A DNA stretch of 64,000 nt from Oculina patagonica (Eukaryota), in the NCBI RefSeq assembly GCF_052425735.1, contig NC_135758.1, forward strand, positions 35,712,001 to 35,776,000, written 5' to 3'. The notes below the pieces were generated by a model. It ran no database searches. It saw nothing but the letters and a program-made list of their open reading frames with translations, and was not told where the DNA came from. The translations under genes were made by a program, and so were the position numbers. Of this stretch, positions 11,601 through 24,006 are shown in pieces. Position 1 is the first letter of the stretch. Every line of letters begins with the position of its first letter.

Positions 11601-14348
11601 ACAGTTAATGAGCCATATGGCTTTTTTGCCTTTTTTCTGCTCCGGCAAACCTTAAATTTTTATATCGAGCAAGTTAACTCACTAAGGCTATGTACCTCTT
11701 TCATGAAGCATTTCTATAAAGTGTTGTTACTTTTTTTTTTCGCTCGGTTTGCACGAAAATCGATAAACCTCCACACGATTTGATATATTTCTACCATAGA
11801 TTAAGACCTTCGCAAAAGCTGCCTGATTGAAGATAAATAACTCGTTAGTCTCTCATTAGCATATTTTCGTTGTTAATAAGATTATATAAGGTGTATTTTG
11901 ATATAAGGTTTTAAGTATTTTTTATTAAAATCGGTCTCACTTTGTCTTTTAGATTGACTGTAGGAACTCGAAAAAAAACAAGAAAAAAACAACGTTAAAA
12001 GAAACTTAACAAAAACAACCAAATAACTAGAACCGCTCCTATCAAGGGAAAGAATTCTAAAATCTGCTACTGCAGCCTGAAAAAACATGGTTACCTTAGC
12101 ATAGAACCGTCAAGTCACGTGAGCGAAAAATGGCATAATTATAACACGTTCCCCGATGAATTTTTGAAACGTCACGAAAATAGGCATGTTTATTTATACT
12201 AAAATTCAAACTTGGCCACGGGGAAAGAGGTAAGAACGGGGTAAGACAATCTGTTTAGTCAAATCCCACGCAGCTCGATGTTATTAATTCCCCTTCACGG
12301 TTTCAAAACCAAGTTATTTAGAATTTTATTAAATCGAATAGGCCTTTTGATCATTGATGCTGGGCCACCTGCCACGACCTCCTCGCCCACAACGGCACTG
12401 ATTTTTTAATAAACACTTATTTTTCTTTAGTTGGTAGCAAATTAACCCGGTTCTCATTTAATTTTATTCAACATTCAATTTAGTGCAACATGACAAATTT
12501 AAGTAACAGCATGTATTCAAAGTGAATAAAATGTAGTAGCAAAATTAATAAATATAGCTGTAGATGTCAATATTAATAATACTGAGTCTATTCATCCACT
12601 TGGCGGGAACCTTCCAAAGTTTATGCGTTTCCCAAACAAATATTTACAACACGTACCTGAGATGAAACGTGAAACACCGACAATTCGTGACTGAGAAGAA
12701 CAACATGAAATATTTACATGCCGGAGATATGCTCTAACTTCCCCATTTATTATAAGCCAGCTCAAGGGCAAGTGTAAGAGGGTCTGGAATTGTATAGGCC
12801 ATTTTTGACCTTAAGCATGATTAAACTCTAACATAAACATAACAACTCTTTTCCACATATTTTCCTGCCCTGCATGAATGTTCAAAACATTACTGATATC
12901 TTAGGGTATTGACAAATAGCGCGACCAGGGGAGCGGGACGCAAAATTGGATCCAACTACGTGCATGACGAAGCTTATAGTTTGGCAATGCTCCTGCGGCC
13001 ATGTCCGCAAAATGTTCATTATAATTATATCATTCATAATTTAGCAGAAGGAAAAATAAACAATTCTAGTCGACTTGTAAAATAGAAAATTAGTTTTAAG
13101 CTAACTCTCTTCGAGTTCATGACTTAGTGTCATGCGCATTACCAAAAATGTTTGACCTTAACTGTCTCTCTTTTCTATCCAGAATGTAAATACAACTATA
13201 GGTATATTTGTTAGAATCTAATAAGAAACGTGCTTTATATAAACAGCTTTATCAACAAACTGATAAACCGATGAGCATAAATATACAGTTTATCTTGTAG
13301 CGTTTGGACATTTTCATTCCTTTTAAAAAATATTTCCTATCATACTTTAAAACGTTAGCGATAAGGTTGTTTTCTCTGTGAGACGCCATTGCATAAATAA
13401 AATTACAATAAACAGAACGTAGAAGTTAAAACTCTCACCTTTAATTAATTCATTATAAGCGAAACAGACAATAACTATCTTTTTCCAACTCAATGTGTTT
13501 AATTATTTATTACGTTTATCCGGCGATTGATTGTCATATGCCCTGACAAGGATGGAAACTGAAACTTGCGCATAAACGTCATTTCAGCAAAGCACGTTTA
13601 CGCTAACGTTATTAAACAGCGGCAATATAAACTGTAGAAAGCATATTCAGAGTTGGTAATCATACTTTGAAAAAGCGCATTGGATATTCTTGATCTTTGT
13701 TCCCTCTCACAGTTCAACACGTCGCCGCTTATCTAAGCTGAGTGATAAACGTCCAACTGAAATGGAAAAGCTACTCAACTCTATAGGCTGGCTACTTTCA
13801 ATCGCAACAGTAGCAGGAAACAGCTTTGTAGTCTTTCTTGTCGCCAAAAATTGCCGACTGCATTCCTCGGCCAACTGGTTCGTCCTTTCCTTGGCAGTAG
13901 CCGACTTTGGGGTCGGAATCGCTGTTTTTCCACCAGGATATTTTTGTAATAAATCAATGGCGTGCAACTTCAGGGTGTACATGGCATTCTTCTGGTTCTT
14001 CCTCCACTCGTCGGTAACAAATCTTTGCGTTTTGACTTGGGATCGTTACATCGCCATCGTTCATCCATTTAAATACAATACCTGCGTGACTAAGAGACAG
14101 CCTGGGGTGGTTATCTCGGCAGCATGGCTGATTGCCTTCGCTTTCGCGCTGTCACTTTTGGTAGGAATGTACGCCACAAATTCCAACACCGCTCTGAAAT
14201 TTTTACGATTAATTGGCGTCTCTGCTTTTGACATAATATCCTGCGTGTTGCTCTTCTATGCCGTTGTTCGTATCCTAGTTGTTGCGCGCGCACAGTCGCG
14301 CCAAGAAGCGGCGATGGAACTACAAGTTCAATCTAACCAATTTTCCAC
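8640..14348 (+). repeat. Near-identical tandem segmental duplication, period 3,139 bp (3,199 after a 60-bp deletion)
   Basis: 8743/11882 and 10551/13690 are both offset by 3,139; spacer sequences almost base-for-base identical. Confidence 0.95.
10623..11435 (+). CDS. GPCR copy 3 (270 aa), chimeric, in-frame loss of ECL1 and top of TM3; probably non-functional
   Basis: ATG at 10623 (the TTG start at 10551 in the ORF track is unlikely); 24 aa replaced by LVYI; WDRY>LDRY; 5' part matches copy 4, 3' part matches copy 2. Confidence 0.8.
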   Translation: MEKLLNSIGWLLSIATVAGNSFVVFLVAKNCRLHSSANWFVLSLAVADFGVGIAVFPLVYIHSSVTNLCVLTLDRYIAIVHPFKYNTCVTKRQPGVVISAAWLIAFAFALSLLVGMYATNSNTALKFLRLIGVSAFDIISCVLLFYAVVRILVVARAQSRQEAAMELQVQSNQFSTEASNVRRHRKHNTAFFIITLVLFFLGCYIVVSCLVLCITFSCKLSDKAGQIVSLLLVLNSAVNPLVYAFLKSDIKWEIKKLIARENGRAHTIEM

Positions 14349-14634
14349 CGAAGCCTCAAGCGTGCGCAGACATAGGAAGCACAACACTGCTTTTTTCATA
14401 ATTACTTTAGTCTTGTTCTTCTTGGGTTGCTACATTGTAGTAAACTGTTTAGTTCTCTGCATTACGCTCTCCTGCAAACTGTCTGATAAGGCTGGTCAGA
14501 TCGTTTCATTGCTTTTGGTTCTTAACTCCGCAGTTAATCCTTTGGTTTACGCGTTTTTAAAGAGGGACATTCAGAGGGAAATAAAGAAGCTTATTGCAAG
14601 AGAAAACGGACGCGTCCCCACCATCGAAATGTGA
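13762..14634 (+). CDS. GPCR copy 4 (290 aa)
   Basis: Complete 7TM with all family motifs; actgaaATGG start. Confidence 0.93.
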   Translation: MEKLLNSIGWLLSIATVAGNSFVVFLVAKNCRLHSSANWFVLSLAVADFGVGIAVFPPGYFCNKSMACNFRVYMAFFWFFLHSSVTNLCVLTWDRYIAIVHPFKYNTCVTKRQPGVVISAAWLIAFAFALSLLVGMYATNSNTALKFLRLIGVSAFDIISCVLLFYAVVRILVVARAQSRQEAAMELQVQSNQFSTEASSVRRHRKHNTAFFIITLVLFFLGCYIVVNCLVLCITLSCKLSDKAGQIVSLLLVLNSAVNPLVYAFLKRDIQREIKKLIARENGRVPTIEM

Positions 14635-16699
14635 TACTGTTGATAACCTCTTTTATAAAATAAAGAAGATAAATTTTAAGGGAAAACTGAATTTGCCAAG
14701 CCATCATGTTGTGATGTATAACCTCTTTCATGCTGATAAGGTTATACAGTTCATTTTGCCGTTGTGTTACATTTAAAGTTCTATATGTTACCAAAGCTAC
14801 ATTTTGTTTACAGTTAATGAGCCATGGCTTTTTTGCCTCTTTTCTGCTCCGGCAAACCGTTAATGTTTAGATCGAGCAAGTTATATTACTGAGGCTATGT
14901 TCCTTTCATGGAGCATTTCTATAAAAGTCAGCCGATAGCAGGTGTTATTTTACAGCGTGCAGTGCGATTTCTTAAAGCAGTGCACTGGTGTAACTGAAGA
15001 GCTTTAAAAGGCGCCCTCTGTAATATACCTTGATCAAAAAATGAACCGCGTTCCCTGGTCAAGAAAAACAGTGGTTTATTTGATTTCTTTTGCTCAAGAT
15101 TCAACAACCTGATATCACTTTTGTATATACATCGTTGGTAAAGATCTAAAAACTCATTTCATGAAGCAAATGACAGCGGTATGTTTACGTGTCGTTTAAA
15201 TCGGTTCCTTCATATTCATTTCGAACTGGTGATATATATTGCCAATAAGCTTAGTTGTGTATATATACCACGAACGTGTGAAAAAAGGTTTATTAAAGCA
15301 AAGGTTCAAACATCTTCGCCGCATGCAATACAACTAAATGAAACGTCTGGACAGTTTTTTTTTTTTTTTTTTTTTTTTTTACATATTATCAGGATTACAC
15401 CTAAATAGAAATGCATATTGATAGAATGGTAAATGAACTGAATAATACCATAACAGCTACTTTGATTAAAAACACATCGGTTTCTTCATCATTATTTTAC
15501 ATAATTTATTTTAGAAATATTATCAAAATTGCATGTATAAGACTATATTATGGCGCTTTCTCTCAAGTCTAGCAGTAACACATTTTCATCATTATTGGTG
15601 AACATCTTTTATTATTAATTTAGCAAGTCTTAAATACGCCCAAGCGTTTTAATTTACAAGTTACACGAAAGTCTCTTTGAAAAATATTAACAAACATTTC
15701 CGATTACTGTTATGGGTAGCGGTTGTGATGGTATTATGTAAAAGAAATAATCAAATAAAAATTTAAACTTCCGTTAATCGCCATGCACATGGACATTGGG
15801 AAGAGAAATTCTATTGGGCGTCTTTTGGACTCCTCATCTCTGAGTCTTTTTGTTCGTGTAAAAATGTTCGTGATTTTTCCTAAAATAAACGTGAAGTGCC
15901 GTAGACAACGTGTCCTCCTAACGGCGGAAGTTATAGGACTGAAACAATCAAATTAATAACAATCCTGTATTTTAAAGCCTTTCAGTACAGTAATCACCCT
16001 CACAAGACGTTTTAGCTGGCAAGCATGTAAAGACAGGATTCTTGATAAGAGTGAGTAACATAAATGCAAAAATGCCTTAAATTCAGGTCCTTAAAGCCAG
16101 TGGCCACATTTCACGGAGAAAACTGCCGTTTCATCAAAACAGAGAATTTTTTTGGACAATTTTATCAGTTTTGATTAAAAAATATCGATACACCTGTGTG
16201 AGTCACTCCAAGTTTTGTTTTGCGGTGTTAATTAAATATTCGTTAAATTTAAGTACCCACCCCTCCTACCCAAAAGGGAAACAAAATTAAACATAGAGAA
16301 ATCAATAGAAAATCTCAAATAAATAGGATGTGGAACGATATACGTGCCAAGAATGGACGTTAACGAGCAAGATGTAAGATAAGCGATTTAGAGACCATTG
16401 ATGTTCAGATTTTATAGATAACAGGTCTGCAGGGATGCTTATATATTCACGTCCATTATCATGGACCGTCTTGATTGACAAGGTCACGTGAGAGGTACTT
16501 ACAGAGGGGCTATACGCACAGATGTGGTCTGTGTTAATCATATTTGTCGAGTTGTCGGAAACATCACCCAATACATAAAAAAATACAAGTCGATCAACAG
16601 CATAACAATCAACAAAGCCGTATTATTTAGTTTAGTTAGTATTGCGAACTGCAAGAAGATTTAATAGGCTGACAGTTGTTTTTAAGAAACGCGTTTGAA

Positions 16700-17370
16700 A
16701 TGGAGACTTTGCTCAATTCAATCGCTCGGTTATTATCATTCACAACAGTAGCAGAAAACGTCCCTGTAGACAAGTCTTTCTTTCGCCACAAATCATCAAC
16801 TTCGTTCCCCAGCCAACTGGTTCGTCCTTTTCTTGGCAGTGGCTGACTTGGGCGTTGGAATCGCTGTTTTTCCACCAGGATATTTTTGTAATAACTCGAA
16901 AGCGTGCAACCCCAGGGTGTACATGGAATTTTTCTGTTTTTTTTTTTTTGTCCTTCACTCTTCGGGGAGACGTGTATCAGGTGCCTGTAATAAGCAGCAG
17001 CACAACACAGCTTGCTTTCTTATTGCTCTATGAGTCGTGGTCTTCTTGGGATGCTACTGATCATAATGGCGGGTTATTTTTTGCATTACATTTTCTCGGA
17101 CCATGTGCCTTAAAAATTTTTCCAGATCTTAAGTTGTCTAATGACTCTTAGTTCTGAACTGCACAGTGAATCCTCTGGTGTATTCGCTTTAGAAGAGGGA
17201 CATTAAACGAGAAAGAAGCTAGGTTAACATCACCCAATCGTTGTCATATTTTTAATGTATTTTATGTAACTTAGATATGTATTTTTTATGTAACTTAAGA
17301 TATGTATTTTTTATCTTGTGAACAATAAATATTATTATTATTATCAATATTATTATTATTATTGATATTA

Positions 17371-17423
<53 letters not shown>

Positions 17424-17448
17424 TACAGAGGAAACAGCAATGAAATAA
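16700..17448 (+). pseudogene. GPCR copy 5, decayed pseudogene
   Basis: tttgaaATGGAG start, ANWFVL, LAVADLGVGIAVFPPGYFCNNSKACN, multiple frameshifts, loss of late TM3 to ICL3, VNPLVY remnant near 17166, split by a retro-tail insertion at 17221. Confidence 0.88.
17221..17419 (+). mobile_element. LINE/SINE-type 3' tail ending in AATAAA + (ATT)n microsatellite
   Basis: Inserted between gaagct and tatttacagagg of the helix-8 consensus gaagcttatttgcagagg; (ATT)n at ~17329-17423. Confidence 0.6.
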
Positions 17449-18700
17449 CACTCGTTACCGCTAAAATGTTTTGGCGTGATGTTGCAGTATTCAGTTTACC
17501 CGAGCAAATTACAAATTCATTTCACATTTGAGCAAGCAAGTTGCCAAATTCCTTTCAGTTTTGACGAGACCTGGTTTTTATTTTTCGTTTATAACAGAAA
17601 ATAATACCACTTCTGCGCCATGGGTGCGACAAATTGTCAAGGAGATGAGTTAACATCGCGAAAACTTTGAACCGGGCTGCAAAACTAAAAACGTAAAACG
17701 AAACTTGCATATCAAATTTGAATATGCTATAAATAAACGTATTATTTGCCGTTGTTGCTGTATGGATCCTTTTGTTTTGTTTCATTGTGATATAGTATTC
17801 AGCGTCTGAGAAAGCCTCAAGTCAATCAATAATTATTCTTTTTCATGAATGCCCAAAAAGATGGGAGAACAGAGACAAGACGGTTTTTTCAATTAGCAAG
17901 TCTTGCTTTTTGTATTATTTTGAAGCGTGTTTAATTAAAAAGACGGTGTGTGTTTGACAAGCTAGACTTATAAAAATAATTACTCATTTAGGATAAAAGC
18001 TTACCCCGAGTGAAGCGAATCATTGGCAATTTTCCTTCGAACCCTTAGTCGCAGCCTTAGTTTTTTTAGTAAGAAATCAAACGCAGCCATCTTTTATTAA
18101 GTATTTACTTTCTAGCATACCAACCCGTTCCTATTTTATTCAGCGGTAACATAGCAACACAACCCAAAGTAATTGTAGCAAAATATAAAATACAATACTG
18201 ACAAGTCGAGTTACCCACCTGGGCGGGAAACTTCCAAACAAATATTTACTGCACGTCTCTTTTCGAAAAAACATTTACAATTAGTGCCGGAGATACATTT
18301 AATTATTCAGTTCGATTATGAGCCAGCCTGCTAAGCTGTGTAAGAGGGTCTTATTATTTCTCGACCTTTCAAGATGACCAGACCCTTAAATATACATCTC
18401 TGTTCCCTTTTACCTTCTCAAAAACTGATTTCCAAACTGATGTCCAAAATAAACAGTCAAATCTACAAATCGCCGAAGTAATTATTGGCTGAAAGGGCGT
18501 GGATGAGAAAGTTTTGTCTGAAATTTCTCCTGCGACGTTGGTGTCACATTACGTCGCAATAGATTAATCTTTATGCAAGAGACAAAAATTTTAGACCGCT
18601 TAAATATTCAGTTTATTTAATAATTTAATTTGTAAAACAGGAAATTGTAACTGACAGATAAGCTAAAATAAAGGGGATCTGTTAAAGCTCCATACATATA

Positions 18701-18875
18701 CAGTTGAACCCCGGTAACTCGAACTCTGGAAGGAAACGAAAAACAGTTCGAGTTAGCGGGGTTTTCGAGTTAACTGAGTAAAAATGACTGGAAAGTGGTT
18801 CCACGGGAAATGGATGTTAGTTCGAGTTAGCAGGGTTGTTCGAGTTATCCGAGTTCGAGTTACCGGGTTCTACTA
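18701..18875. mobile_element. Tc1/mariner-pogo-type MITE
   Basis: TA flanks; TIR cagttgaacccc-ggtaactcgaactc / gagttcgagttaccgggttctacta; internal ttcgagtta repeats. Confidence 0.85.
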
Positions 18876-19434
18876 TATAGCTAACAACAGGCAAGTTCGT
18901 GGCTCTCTCTTAATCAAACGCATTGCTAAACACGTTCGGAAAAGATAGGCTTGTTACCACATATAATTGTGCGTCTTTCTGCCAGCATTTCAACCGAAGT
19001 TTTATAAAGACTAAAGGTATATTTGTTAAGATTTAATTAAAAAACATGCATTAAATAAACAATTTTTTAACAAAGGATAAAAACAATGGGTTGTAAAATA
19101 ATGTCCATTCGCTCAAACAAAAGTTCCTTTTATAAGCCGAACTTTACGCCGTGTACGGAAAGGTCGTTATCTCTGTGAGACGCAATTGCATAAAAATAAT
19201 GATAAACAATTTACATATTAACCTCTCGCGTATGATTATGACCACCGAACAAAAATATCCGGAATCGGAACTTAATTTTTAAAACTCAAATTTCTATTAT
19301 TCAAATATGTAGTATATTTGTCGATCAACAGCGACAGCAAACAAACCGCGCGTTCGCTGGAGCATCACACATCGTATCCAGATGTTTAAACTATACGCTG
19401 ACTGAAACAGTTCGGAGCAAGACGCGCGCTTGAA

Positions 19435-20295
19435 ATGGAAAAAGTACTTATTTCTATTGGCTGGTTACTTTCAATCGCGACAGCAACAGGAAATGGCTTT
19501 GTAGTTTTTCTTGTCGCCAAAAATCGCCGACTTGATTCCTCGGACAAATGGTTCGTCCTTTCCTTAGCAGTGGCCGACTTCGGCGTCGGAGTCGTCGTAT
19601 TTCCATCGAGTTATTTTTGTAGTAAACACTCAGTGGCGTGTAACTTGAGGGTGTACATAGCGTTCTTTTGGTTTTTTCTTCACTCGTCGGTCACAAATCT
19701 TTGCGTCTTGACTTGGGATCGTTACAACGCCATCGTTCACCCACTTAGATACAACAACTCCATGACTGTGAGACGCCCTAGGATAGTTATCTTTATAGCA
19801 TGGTTGATTCCCTTAACAATCTCGCTGTCACTTTTGGTGGGAATGTACGCCACAGACTCCGACACTGCCCTGAAAGTTTTACGTTTAACCGGCGTCTCTG
19901 CTTTTGACATAATATCCTGCGTGTTGCTCTTCTATGCTGTTGTTCGCATTCTAGTTGTTGCACGTGCACAGTCCATGCACCAAGAAGTTGTGATAGAACT
20001 GCAATTTCAATCTAACAACTCATCTACTGAAGCCAACAACTCGCGCAGACATAGAAAGCGCAACATAGCTCCCTTCATAATTGCTTTGGTGGTGTTCTTC
20101 TTGGGATGCTACATAGTGGTTAATTGTTTAGTTTTGTGCCTTACGTTCTCTTGCCAAGTGACTCATGCAGCTGGCCAGATCCTCACTTTACTCCTGGTTC
20201 TGAACTCCGCCGTTAATCCTTTTGTTTACGCGTTTTTGAAGAAGGACATAAACAGACAAATAAAAAAGCTTATTTGCAGAGATAACGTAAGCTAA
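19435..20295 (+). CDS. GPCR copy 6 (286 aa)
   Basis: Complete 7TM; WDRY, NPFVY. Confidence 0.94.
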   Translation: MEKVLISIGWLLSIATATGNGFVVFLVAKNRRLDSSDKWFVLSLAVADFGVGVVVFPSSYFCSKHSVACNLRVYIAFFWFFLHSSVTNLCVLTWDRYNAIVHPLRYNNSMTVRRPRIVIFIAWLIPLTISLSLLVGMYATDSDTALKVLRLTGVSAFDIISCVLLFYAVVRILVVARAQSMHQEVVIELQFQSNNSSTEANNSRRHRKRNIAPFIIALVVFFLGCYIVVNCLVLCLTFSCQVTHAAGQILTLLLVLNSAVNPFVYAFLKKDINRQIKKLICRDNVS

Positions 20296-21460
20296 GCCGA
20301 ACAACTTAACAGCGATATGGTATACATAGCCAATAATTAGAAAGTAATCTTTCGACGGAGCAAAATGGTCATTTCTGTTTTTCTTGACCCAATGGGAAAG
20401 TTAATAAGTTAAGAATAAGTTAAGTTGTGTTGTGCAGAAAATATTACTTATCACAAACTGAAAAATTCTACAGCGCAGTGCAATACCTTGAATAACAGGC
20501 GTACAGGCGATTCGACGAGTCCCAGTTGGGAATTTAAAATTTTGTAAAATTATTCAGGTTGGAAAATAATGGCTTATTCAAAATTTTCCTGCACAAGATT
20601 CGACCAGCCGTCCTCTTTTTAGGTTTTAAAAGTTGAATAAGTGGCACAAACTTGAAGAAAGATAGTGCCACACGAAGAAACTTGAAGAAAGATATAGTCG
20701 TCAGTATTGCAATTTATAGAGTACCAAACGCGGAACATGTTTAGATGTTTAATTCGATTGATGTTACACATGGCTAAGCGGATATAAAAACTCATTTATA
20801 TTTTACTGTATGGAAATGATTAAAGGAACGGTCATTTTTTGCTTTATTCGGTATCATGATATTGATTCTAGCCTGATGAAATATTTTATTGATAAACATA
20901 CGTCGAAGGTGCAAATTAAGAAACAGGTTTATATATATCCATAATGGCCCTCTTTCGGATGCAATACAATTAAATTTTTAAAATTAAATTTCAAAATTTG
21001 TTTTAGATGCATGGAAGTTATTCTTATTTAGGAAATATTTTAATGTTGGTGTTAATTTTATACTACACGAGGCCATCAAAGTTGCTTTAACTCAGTCATT
21101 CAGGTTTTTTGATATACTGCTGTTATTTTACATTGTTGATTCCAGAAGGATTTTAAAATTTAATTTAACAATACAGAGGCGGCGGAGCGTTTTGAAACGT
21201 GGGGGCTAAGAATTTCTCAAAAATACTCATATTTTTTTTATATTTGGAGCAACATTTTTCCGTTCAAGCAATTTTTTGTAAATTGAGCTGTTTAAGAAGA
21301 AGACTGGATCAGGGAAGCCAAAATTTTTTTTTTGAGAATTATACACACACTTTGCGACTAAACTGAAAAACATCAGCTTACTGAAATCGCTTGATCAGGA
21401 CCTAAGAAAAAAACAAACCCGGCTAGATAAGCGAAAGGTTAGAGAAAGAATATAGCTGGG

Positions 21461-21535
21461 GAGGTGTTTCAAAATGCTTTCGTCTAGATGATTCCAAACT
21501 TTTACAGCTGCAAAGTGAATGTTGAATTTACTAAT
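21461..21535 (-). mobile_element. L2/CR1-group LINE ORF2 C-terminal fragment
   Basis: ISKFNIHFAAVKVWNHLDESILKHL resembles the typical KFNIRFxGxKxWNxIDESIK end of L2-group ORF2 (pattern recall). Confidence 0.6.
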
Positions 21536-23003
21536 AGGTTGATTTTGTATTAATATGTTAGGTAATGTAATTAAAATCAAATTTCTATTTGGTAACTTTG
21601 TTGTCGTTGAATGTTGGAAAATAGACCATATTTGTATTCTCGGTTTTGGACTGGAACTAGCTTGCAATGGAGGCTATTGCAGGAGAATATCATTAAAAAG
21701 AGCTTCATGCAATTTGCATTTGAAAATATTCCCGGCATTAGCTGCCATTGCAAGCTAGTTAACGTTCTTGCCTAATATCGAGAATATGAATATGGACGTC
21801 TATCTCAATCATTTCTTCCACACGAACTTCTGCCCAAAGTTAAAATACATCTTTCGTCAAAACAAATAAATCTAAAGAACAGCTCGATCTTTTTTTAAAA
21901 AAAAATTATATCATATAAAGAACTTTCACAACAAGAGTTTTCTAAATATGCACAGACTTATCCATTATTGGACATCTCCATTTTCCTTTGACCAATTTCT
22001 TAGCTAATTGAAAAAGGTCACTTTCCTCAGCTCTTCGAGACTCTATCTAAAAACGATACGGCTTTGCAAATGTTCTGACGTCATAATGGCCGATTTGGTA
22101 CCAGTCCCTGAAAAGCAGAGTCGTGTTCTAAATTTTGTTATCCGAGAGCCTGAAAAGAAAAGCATGTATCCAACGCCCGCGGAAAATAAAGCCTAGGGTG
22201 ATTTAAGATTTACTAAAAAACACGCTTTGACGTGAGCCGAAAAATTCGTGTGGTGGTCTCGCCGGTAACTGGTTAGAGTTAATCGTGTCGTCGTAAGTTA
22301 GTAAACCTTGAAAGTGCAGACAGATTTCTCACCTTCGTTCGCCTGAGGGTCAGTATCTTAATGCTAACGATATATATGTTTATTCAGTTTTTTTTACATT
22401 CATTGTTAACATAAACTGGCGTTCAGTTGCTGGTTTATTTGTTAGGGACGAAATAGAACCTTTATATTACACGAGCAACCTTTAAAACAAAGTTTAGTGG
22501 CAATCGTGATAAATGGTCTTTAAATATACCGTTTGACCGTATTATCATTTATTAGAGATGTTCATTTTTGCTCGAAATAATCTATCTTTTTACAAGTCGA
22601 ATTTTGGAAAATTGTTGGTTGTTAGTGTGACGTCTTATAAAATTTTAACAAACCTTGGTTTTATGGCCATGGTTTTGAATTTCAAATCCATTTTTCTTAA
22701 TTTCCATTAAGAAGTTTATGCTTTTATGGAGGTTGTGTTCCCTCTTGACTTTTGGTCATGTTGACGAGCTGAGAAGGAAAAAGGTAATTCAATTCGCAGT
22801 ATTGATTGTCAACTGCGTCATCGGTAAACCTCGTCTAAAACTTTTTGTTCTGAAAAGCGACTGAATTGATTGCAGCAATGATATTCAGCAAAACCGTGAT
22901 CAGTTCGTTGTTGTTTGACGCCTAGCTTTCTGTCGTCATTAAGGTCGTTTCAGGAGAGCAGAATCATCTCCTCTTTTCATGAAGCGCAGTAGGAATAAAA
23001 CAT

Positions 23004-23057
23004 TGACTCAATATTTTCGGCTGGCTCACCAGCTACTAGTCTTTCTTGTCGCCTAAA
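23004..23057 (+). pseudogene. GPCR 5' relic (TM1 pieces)
   Basis: ctcaatattttcggctggct...agtctttcttgtcgcctaaaa matches the first ~90 nt of the paralogs with an internal deletion; family promoter motif tgttctgaaaag at ~22846. Confidence 0.6.
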
Positions 23058-24006
23058 ATACACACAGTCGTTTCCTTAACCGAAACTCTGCACTCAACAC
23101 AGCTGTCCGTAAGAATACATATGTCGCTTCAGGATGTGTGAAATTGAAATTCCCATCTAAAATGGATGGCGAAAATCCATTGACAGATGATGAAAAAAAT
23201 GACTAGAGCAATTTTTCCTTTTTGACACAAATTTGTAACAACAGGAACCAAGACTTATGGTCACTGTGTCTCGACGTTTACACTGGGAAACGGTGGGAAG
23301 CTGTCAGGGGTCGCCAACAGTTCCCAAAAACGAATTAATAGGAGCCCTTTTATTTTGCCATCTTTGAAGACGAAAAGGAACATCTTCAAATTCTCGACAA
23401 AAAAATTGAAGATCAACCGAACAATATGCTACGACTTTAACTAAAAAAATTAGAAGATAAAGTTTCAAACGCAAAGTGAAACTTTAAACAAGGGTCGTTG
23501 CCCCGAAAAAAGAGAGTTTATTTTTTCTTCCAGCAACAACGGAAGATGAAAGGAAAGGGCGCTATTTGCTAAGAATTGAATTAAAACTGTGCAGTTTTAT
23601 GCTGTAATTGTATTAAAGCCCAAATTGTGCTTTAATACAATTTTGCTTTTTAATAGCGACAATGAGTCGTTCAGTCCGTGGTTGCAATTACTCAGATATT
23701 AGGACAATCTAAACAAAAGCATTGCACAAAGTGATTTTCAAAGGCTATTAAACGATGATTTCCTGCGTTAATGTTTTACATTTGAAAGGAATATCTTTAT
23801 CATTCACCGTATTTAGGTATTAACTTGCCAAATAATTATCTGAAGTTGGCAAAAACTGAAAGTGCAATCAAATGGTTGTCAGATACGTGATCAGAAAACA
23901 TCAAACAACACGTAGTCTGAAAAGCTGCTTGCCGCTCATTTACATCGCTAAAAGCCTTTAAAAGCTAAGGGCAGCTTTACTTTCCGTTTCGTAAAGAAAG
24001 GTAGAC

